Assembly (NCBI GenBank): GCA_965243025.1
Contig: CBDETY010000003.1
Coordinates: forward strand, 2,336,001-2,400,000
DNA from: Candidatus Latescibacterota bacterium
GTDB lineage: Bacteria; Latescibacterota; UBA2968; UBA8231
Length of the DNA stretch: 64,000 nucleotides
Direction of reading: 5' to 3'
Position numbers and translations under genes: made by a program
Shown: positions 59,092-64,000 of the stretch, in pieces
Layout of the letters: every line of letters starts with the position of its first letter
Numbering within the stretch: the first letter of the stretch is position 1
The notes under the pieces: generated by a model
Told to the model about the DNA's origin: nothing
Database searches by the model: none
Seen by the model: the letters and a program-made list of their open reading frames with translations, nothing else

Positions 59092-60258
59092 TCAAGGCTC
59101 CTGCGGCAGCCTGTCGATCACCGAAATCGTGCGGTCGGAGTTGGCGACGTAGACGAAACGCCCGTCCGGACTGACCAGGGCGATTGCAGGCGAGCTGCCG
59201 ACCGGAATGGTGGCGGCAACCTCGTGCGTCTCCAGGTCGATCGCGGACACGGTCTCGTCGATCAGGTTGGCGACGTAGAGAGTCTCGCCGCCGGGCGTCA
59301 TCCCGACGGTTCCCGGAAAGCGGCCCGCGGGAATCGTCTCCCTCACCGCAGCTGCCGGCACGTCCCATACGGAAACGTAGTCGCTGTCCGGCAGGGCTGC
59401 GTACACCAGGTCGCGGTCCGGGTGAACGGCGAACGAGGGATACGGGCCGAGGCGGACGGCGAGATCGGCGGCGACCTCGAGGGATGCAGTGTCGACGACG
59501 ATGAGGGCGCCGGCCCCGGCGTACCCGACGTACAGGCGGCTGCCGTCGCGCGAGGAGCGGACCGCGGCGTACCCCGACTGCGCAAGACCGGTGCCCACCG
59601 TCTTCGTCACCTCCCGGGCCGAAAGATCGACCACCGCGATTTTCGAGCTGTCCCAGCCGACGGCGAATCCCCGCCGGCTTCCCGGGGGAATGAACATTCC
59701 CAGCGGCCGCAGCCGGTCCGGGATCGGGACGGCGCCGACGACCTCGTTGCTCGAAGTGCTTATCACCGAAATGTCCTCGGCGTTGGCGCCGCTGCCGTCG
59801 ATGTTGGCGACGTAGGCGAACCTGCCGTCGGGCGAGATCGAGATCCCGCCCGGCCCGCGGCCCACGGGGATCACCCTCGATACCTGGTTGCCGGAGGTGC
59901 TTATGGCGATTATCTCGTCGGTCTGGTTCTGGTTGACGTAGAGCGAGCGGCCGTCGGGTGTAATCGCCAGGTCGCAGTCGAGGAACCCGGTACCCGTGGT
60001 CTCTGTCTCCCCCAGGTCGATGGTTTCGACGACCTCGTGCGAGCGCCCGTCCACGACCGAAACGAAGTGGCCGTAACAGTTCATCACGTAGAGGGTCCCG
60101 CTGTCCGGGGTCATGATCCCCTCGGAGAACTCGAGCGGGATCGAAGCGACCACCCTGCCGGCGTCATACTCCGGGCTGGCAACCGGGGAGCGCCCCTCGT
60201 CACACCCCCACGCCAGCAGTGCGAGCCCGAATACGGGCAGCCATTGTTTATTCCCCAT
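59092..60258 (-). CDS. YVTN/YncE-type beta-propeller lipoprotein
   Basis: Lipobox AWGC; repeated PDG..YVAN..ISVI and IPVG..P. Confidence 0.87.
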   Translation of the reverse strand: MGNKQWLPVFGLALLAWGCDEGRSPVASPEYDAGRVVASIPLEFSEGIMTPDSGTLYVMNCYGHFVSVVDGRSHEVVETIDLGETETTGTGFLDCDLAITPDGRSLYVNQNQTDEIIAISTSGNQVSRVIPVGRGPGGISISPDGRFAYVANIDGSGANAEDISVISTSSNEVVGAVPIPDRLRPLGMFIPPGSRRGFAVGWDSSKIAVVDLSAREVTKTVGTGLAQSGYAAVRSSRDGSRLYVGYAGAGALIVVDTASLEVAADLAVRLGPYPSFAVHPDRDLVYAALPDSDYVSVWDVPAAAVRETIPAGRFPGTVGMTPGGETLYVANLIDETVSAIDLETHEVAATIPVGSSPAIALVSPDGRFVYVANSDRTISVIDRLPQEP

Positions 60259-60287
60259 GATCCAGCAAAGGTAAGCCGGAGACGGTC

Positions 60288-61517
60288 ATGAGCCTGCAAG
60301 CAGAGGCCGGGCGCAGCCGCCCGGATTTCACCCTGTTCGTTCCCCCTGAGGGGGAGGCCGGCGTCGAGCGGAACAACATGCACCTCGTCGTCACCCCCCT
60401 GCCGGACGGGGACTTCCTGGCGACCTGGACCCAGGCGAGCGAACCCCACGGCCCGGACCAGCGCGTGGTGGTGGCGCGCTCCGGCGACTGCGGCCGCACC
60501 TGGAGCCCCCCCGAGGTGATCGACGGGCCCGAGCCGGGCACCGAAAACATCGCCAGCTGGTCGATGCTCGTGCCCGTTCCCGGCGGCAGCAGGGTCTACT
60601 GCCTCTACCACAAGAACACCGGCATCGTCGACTACGACCGCGCCATGACCGGGGTGCTGGCCTGGCGCTGCTCCGAGGACGGCGGCCGCACCTGGGGTGA
60701 GCGCTTCCAGGCCCCGATCGGGCGCGGGGCCGTCGACCACAGCGACTCCTCCGTCCCGGGCAACTGGGTTACGGCGGGCTGGCAGCATCCCATCGCCGCC
60801 GGCAGCGGTCTGATCCTCCCCGTAACCCGCTGGGCGAGCCGCGAGCACCGCTTCCGGGAAGGGTTCGCCGACCAGCACCACGAGGGCTGGTTCCTGCGCT
60901 TCGACAACATCCTCGAGGAAGCGGATCCCTCGCGGCTGTCGATCACCACCCTGCCCCGGGGGGACCGCGGCATCCGCATACCGTCCCCTTCCGACCCGGA
61001 GGTCAGCGCCGCCATGGAGCCGGCGGTGCAACCCCTGGCCGGAGGCCGCCTCGTCTGCCTGCTGCGCACCGTGACCGGCTTTGTCCACTACTCCCAGTCC
61101 GGGGATCTCGCCGAATCCTGGAGCGAGCCCAGGCCTCTCTGTTTCCACCCCGGCGGCCCCCGGGTGCCGCATCCGAACGCCCCGGTCGGCTTCCACCGGA
61201 TGGCGGACGGCCGCTTCCTGCTGCTTTTCCACAACAACGACGGCACCGCCAACGGCTGCAGCGGTCCGCTCGACTGGAAGGCGCGGCGGCCGGTCTACGC
61301 CAGCGTCGGCAGCGAGATCGACAATCCCGGGGGGCAGCCGCTGGCCTTCACGGAACCGCGGTTCTTCTACGACAACGGCGGCCCCGAGCGGCCGTATGCC
61401 GGGTCGCTGGCGCTCTACGGAACCTTCTTCGAGCACGACGGCGTCCGCTACTGGTGGTACCCGGACGCCATCCGCTTCCTGCTCGGGCGCGTGGTGCCGG
61501 ACGACCTGGTGGCTTGA
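60288..61517 (+). CDS. BNR/Asp-box sialidase-like protein
   Basis: Asp boxes SGDCGRTWS, SEDGGRTWG, SGDLAESWS. Confidence 0.78.
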   Translation: MSLQAEAGRSRPDFTLFVPPEGEAGVERNNMHLVVTPLPDGDFLATWTQASEPHGPDQRVVVARSGDCGRTWSPPEVIDGPEPGTENIASWSMLVPVPGGSRVYCLYHKNTGIVDYDRAMTGVLAWRCSEDGGRTWGERFQAPIGRGAVDHSDSSVPGNWVTAGWQHPIAAGSGLILPVTRWASREHRFREGFADQHHEGWFLRFDNILEEADPSRLSITTLPRGDRGIRIPSPSDPEVSAAMEPAVQPLAGGRLVCLLRTVTGFVHYSQSGDLAESWSEPRPLCFHPGGPRVPHPNAPVGFHRMADGRFLLLFHNNDGTANGCSGPLDWKARRPVYASVGSEIDNPGGQPLAFTEPRFFYDNGGPERPYAGSLALYGTFFEHDGVRYWWYPDAIRFLLGRVVPDDLVA

Positions 61518-61864
61518 GGCGTCTCCCGGGAACCTTCGTCGATTCGGCCCTTCAGGGTTAAAGCCTGGCATGGTCCTGAGATTCAGTCTTCGGGCACCCG
61601 GGATTTTTTAGTGCAAGCTTTAGCCATCTGCGGCGGGCTGCTAAAGAGTCTTCAGCTCCGGATTGGCCAATCGCGTTACCCACGCCGGACATGCGGGGCC
61701 ATTTCCAGGACAGGGAAAAATCTCGAACAAAGCGGCCAGATTTTGTCCCCTTGTACTTAATTCCTGCTCCTGTCTTTCATTGCTGCCTTTTTTCAATCTC
61801 CGCATTCAAGCGCAGGCCGGCATTGAACCCTGTCGATGCGAAGCACGCTGAATGGTGTCGGTGT

Positions 61865-61980
61865 ATGGGACGGCCTGATGGTCAGGGTGGCTGAATGCAA
61901 AAATTGAATTTGACCTGCCGTACCCATCCTGACTAGGATACTGGCCGTGCAGAGGTTGGCCCTGCATTCCAGTCAGAGGT
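61865..61980 (+). promoter_or_regulatory. Structured 5' leader with alternative pairings overlapping the RBS
   Basis: Two hairpins (61865-61927; 61929-61976) and a competing 12-bp helix (61879-61890 with 61924-61935), all read by hand. Confidence 0.35.
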
Positions 61981-61983
61981 GCC

Positions 61984-63327
61984 ATGATGCTTCGATCCCT
62001 TTCCCTCGTCATGGTGCTGACCGCAATGGCTGCGCCCGCTGCTTCAGCGCAGCCCTTCCCTGCGGCAGCCCCGGAAACCGACACCACCGACGTCTACGAG
62101 ACCCGGCGCAATCACGTTCTCGCATTCCCGAAGTACGTCTGGGACGCGCTGGTCTTCCCGATCGGCAAGTTCACCATCTGGCTCGAGCGGAAGGAGATTC
62201 CCCAGCGGGTGATCGAGATGTTCACCTTGGAGGATGTCTTCGAGGTGTATCCGTATGGGACCCTGGGCGGAGAGACGGGAACGGCCGGCGGCGTTTCATT
62301 GCTTTACGGCGACCTGTTCGGCCGCGGCAAAGGGATCTCGACCAGCTTCATCGCCAACTCCTCCAACTACAGCGGATTCGTCCTGTTCGAGGACCCGGGG
62401 ATCGGCGGCGGTCCCTGGTACTGGAACGCCTCTCTCGAGGCGCTGAAGACGGGGAACGAGAACGCCACCATAAACGGCGAGCTGCGCAAGTCGGGGTCCC
62501 TGCTCGAGCACGAGCAGCGTGATACGAGGCTCACCCTCGGGCGCCGCTCCAACTACGGGGTGACCGAAGGGTACGAACCGGATGCCGTCGTCGAGCTGCG
62601 GCTGTCCCACGGCTTCCGCAAGTTCGCCTCCGGAGATCTCCACCCCGGCCGCTTTCCCGGCCTGAACCGGGCGATCAACCTGTTCTCGGTCGGCGCCATG
62701 GCCGCCTTCGACGACCGGGACTTCAAACCCCCTGCCGCCTCGATCAGTCTTCCGCTGAACTACCAGCTGCCGGGGCGGGTGCTGCTTTTCGCCGACGACC
62801 GTTACTACAGCTTTCGCGACACCGCCTTCCCCGAGCACGGCGGGTTCGCCCGCGTCGAGGCCGACTACGCAACCGGCTCCGATGACGTTCGCTACTTCCG
62901 CTACACTGCGGAGCTTCAGCGCTTCTTCACCCTGTTCTTCAGGGACCGCATCCTCGGTATCCGGGCCCGGCTCGACAGGGCGCACGCCCTCGGAGACGGC
63001 GGCATCGTCCCCTACTCCGACATGCCCGACCTCGGGGGAGGCGACCGCCTGCGCGGGTACCGCCGCGGGTTCTTCCGCGGCGCCGGCAGTCTGCTGTTGA
63101 GCGCCGAATACCGCTACCCGATCTGGGACACCTGGAACGCCTTCCTCTTCCTGGAGGAAGGGCAGGTGTTCGACAGGTACGGCGACATCGAACCGGGCCG
63201 GTTCGAGTACAGCTACGGCGCCGGCATCAGCGTGCGCACCGAGCGCGCCTTCCTGTTCGGGGTGCGCATCGCCCGCAGCAGGCAGGAGAAGGCGTTGACC
63301 GGCTTCTCGCTGGAAAAGGAGTTCTGA
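61984..63327 (+). CDS. Omp85/BamA-TamA family outer-membrane protein lacking POTRA domains
   Basis: Signal peptide; LGGGDRLRGYRRGFFRG lid-lock; SAEYRYPI; SYGAGI; C-terminal Phe (LEKEF); only 447 aa. Confidence 0.85.
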   Translation: MMLRSLSLVMVLTAMAAPAASAQPFPAAAPETDTTDVYETRRNHVLAFPKYVWDALVFPIGKFTIWLERKEIPQRVIEMFTLEDVFEVYPYGTLGGETGTAGGVSLLYGDLFGRGKGISTSFIANSSNYSGFVLFEDPGIGGGPWYWNASLEALKTGNENATINGELRKSGSLLEHEQRDTRLTLGRRSNYGVTEGYEPDAVVELRLSHGFRKFASGDLHPGRFPGLNRAINLFSVGAMAAFDDRDFKPPAASISLPLNYQLPGRVLLFADDRYYSFRDTAFPEHGGFARVEADYATGSDDVRYFRYTAELQRFFTLFFRDRILGIRARLDRAHALGDGGIVPYSDMPDLGGGDRLRGYRRGFFRGAGSLLLSAEYRYPIWDTWNAFLFLEEGQVFDRYGDIEPGRFEYSYGAGISVRTERAFLFGVRIARSRQEKALTGFSLEKEF

Positions 63328-64000
63328 TGGGCTCCCGGCGAGGCCTCATGCTGCCTGTCCTTGTGCTGTTGCTGCCCAACGCGGCGGCGGCCGGCCCGGA
63401 CCTGACCACCGATCCAATCAAGTGGTTCGACGCCGACAACAAGACGATCCCGGAGCCGGCCGAGGCGAAGGAGAACAAGGTCTGGGACTTCATCGACAAA
63501 TCCTCCTTTTACCAGGTCGGCAAGGTGCTGGACCTGGGGTGGACGGCGCGCCGGATCGGAGACCTCCTCGGCGTCGTCGGGCCGCGCCAGGCCGACAACG
63601 TCAACGCCCTCGACGAGGTGCCCAACTCCTCCTGGTTCACCAACCGGCACTTCCTGCAACCGATGACCCTCGAGGAGCTGGCGGAGGGACCCGGCTTCGC
63701 CGAACCGGACGACAGCGGCCCCTGGGAGGTCGTCGCCGGCAAGTTCGAAGGGATCACCGCCGGCTTCACCATCAAGGACGCCTCGAAGCGGTACTTCCTG
63801 CTCAAGTTCGATTCCAAAGGGAACGACGAGATGGGATCCGGGGCCGAGGCGGTGGTCACCAAGGTGCTGTACGCCGCCGGCTACAACGTGCCGCGCAACT
63901 CCGTCGTCTACTTCGACCCCGGACAACTGCAGATCGGACCCAAGGCCAGGGTCCCGGACGGGGAGGGCGGCAAGCGGCCGATGACCCCGAAGGATCTCCG
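63327..64000 (+). CDS. Secreted hypothetical protein with protein-kinase-like N-lobe motifs (partial)
   Basis: ATG overlaps the Omp85 TGA. Manual translation: MGSRRGLMLPVLVLLLPNAAAA..NVNALDEVPNSSWFTNR..GKFEGITAGFTIKD..FLLKFD..EMGSGAEAVVTKVLYAAGYNVP. The frame is open to the window end. Confidence 0.75.
   Translation, partial: MGSRRGLMLPVLVLLLPNAAAAGPDLTTDPIKWFDADNKTIPEPAEAKENKVWDFIDKSSFYQVGKVLDLGWTARRIGDLLGVVGPRQADNVNALDEVPNSSWFTNRHFLQPMTLEELAEGPGFAEPDDSGPWEVVAGKFEGITAGFTIKDASKRYFLLKFDSKGNDEMGSGAEAVVTKVLYAAGYNVPRNSVVYFDPGQLQIGPKARVPDGEGGKRPMTPKDL

Noticed and set aside
1-64000. CRISPR arrays, tRNA, rRNA, integron attC arrays
   Set aside because: I saw no repeat-spacer periodicity, cloverleaf or rRNA-like tract, and no attC-like sites around the TA pairs.

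Overview
This is a GC-rich bacterial chromosomal window with about 55 genes. I found no rRNA, tRNA or CRISPR array. Housekeeping genes (folD partial, a divergent serS, mnmA, a sirtuin, nudC, nth, a DNA photolyase) and a 10-gene Mrp/Mnh Na+/H+ antiporter operon are interleaved with accessory genes. These include four PhyH-like Fe/2OG oxygenases, MFS transporters, glycan-processing enzymes (GH95, DUF2961/GH172-like, BNR sialidase-like), three toxin-antitoxin pairs and a TM0106 nuclease-helicase. There are also many repeat-rich, mostly exported proteins (NHL, FG-GAP, collagen, TolB-propeller/ankyrin/LamG giant, lamin-tail/cohesin/dockerin). The repertoire suggests a Latescibacterota/Gemmatimonadota-like, possibly sponge-associated bacterium; this is inference. 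The best candidates for something undescribed are: (i) a POTRA-less Omp85 barrel translationally coupled to a signal-peptide-bearing kinase-like protein, behind a leader with two mutually exclusive RNA folds that could gate the RBS; (ii) a nucleoside hydrolase-gluconokinase fusion next to a NUDIX gene; (iii) a PhyH-type enzyme lacking the HxD/E carboxylate; (iv) a 1765-aa duplicated propeller/DUF1565/ankyrin protein. All calls rest on motifs recognised by eye; no searches were run.
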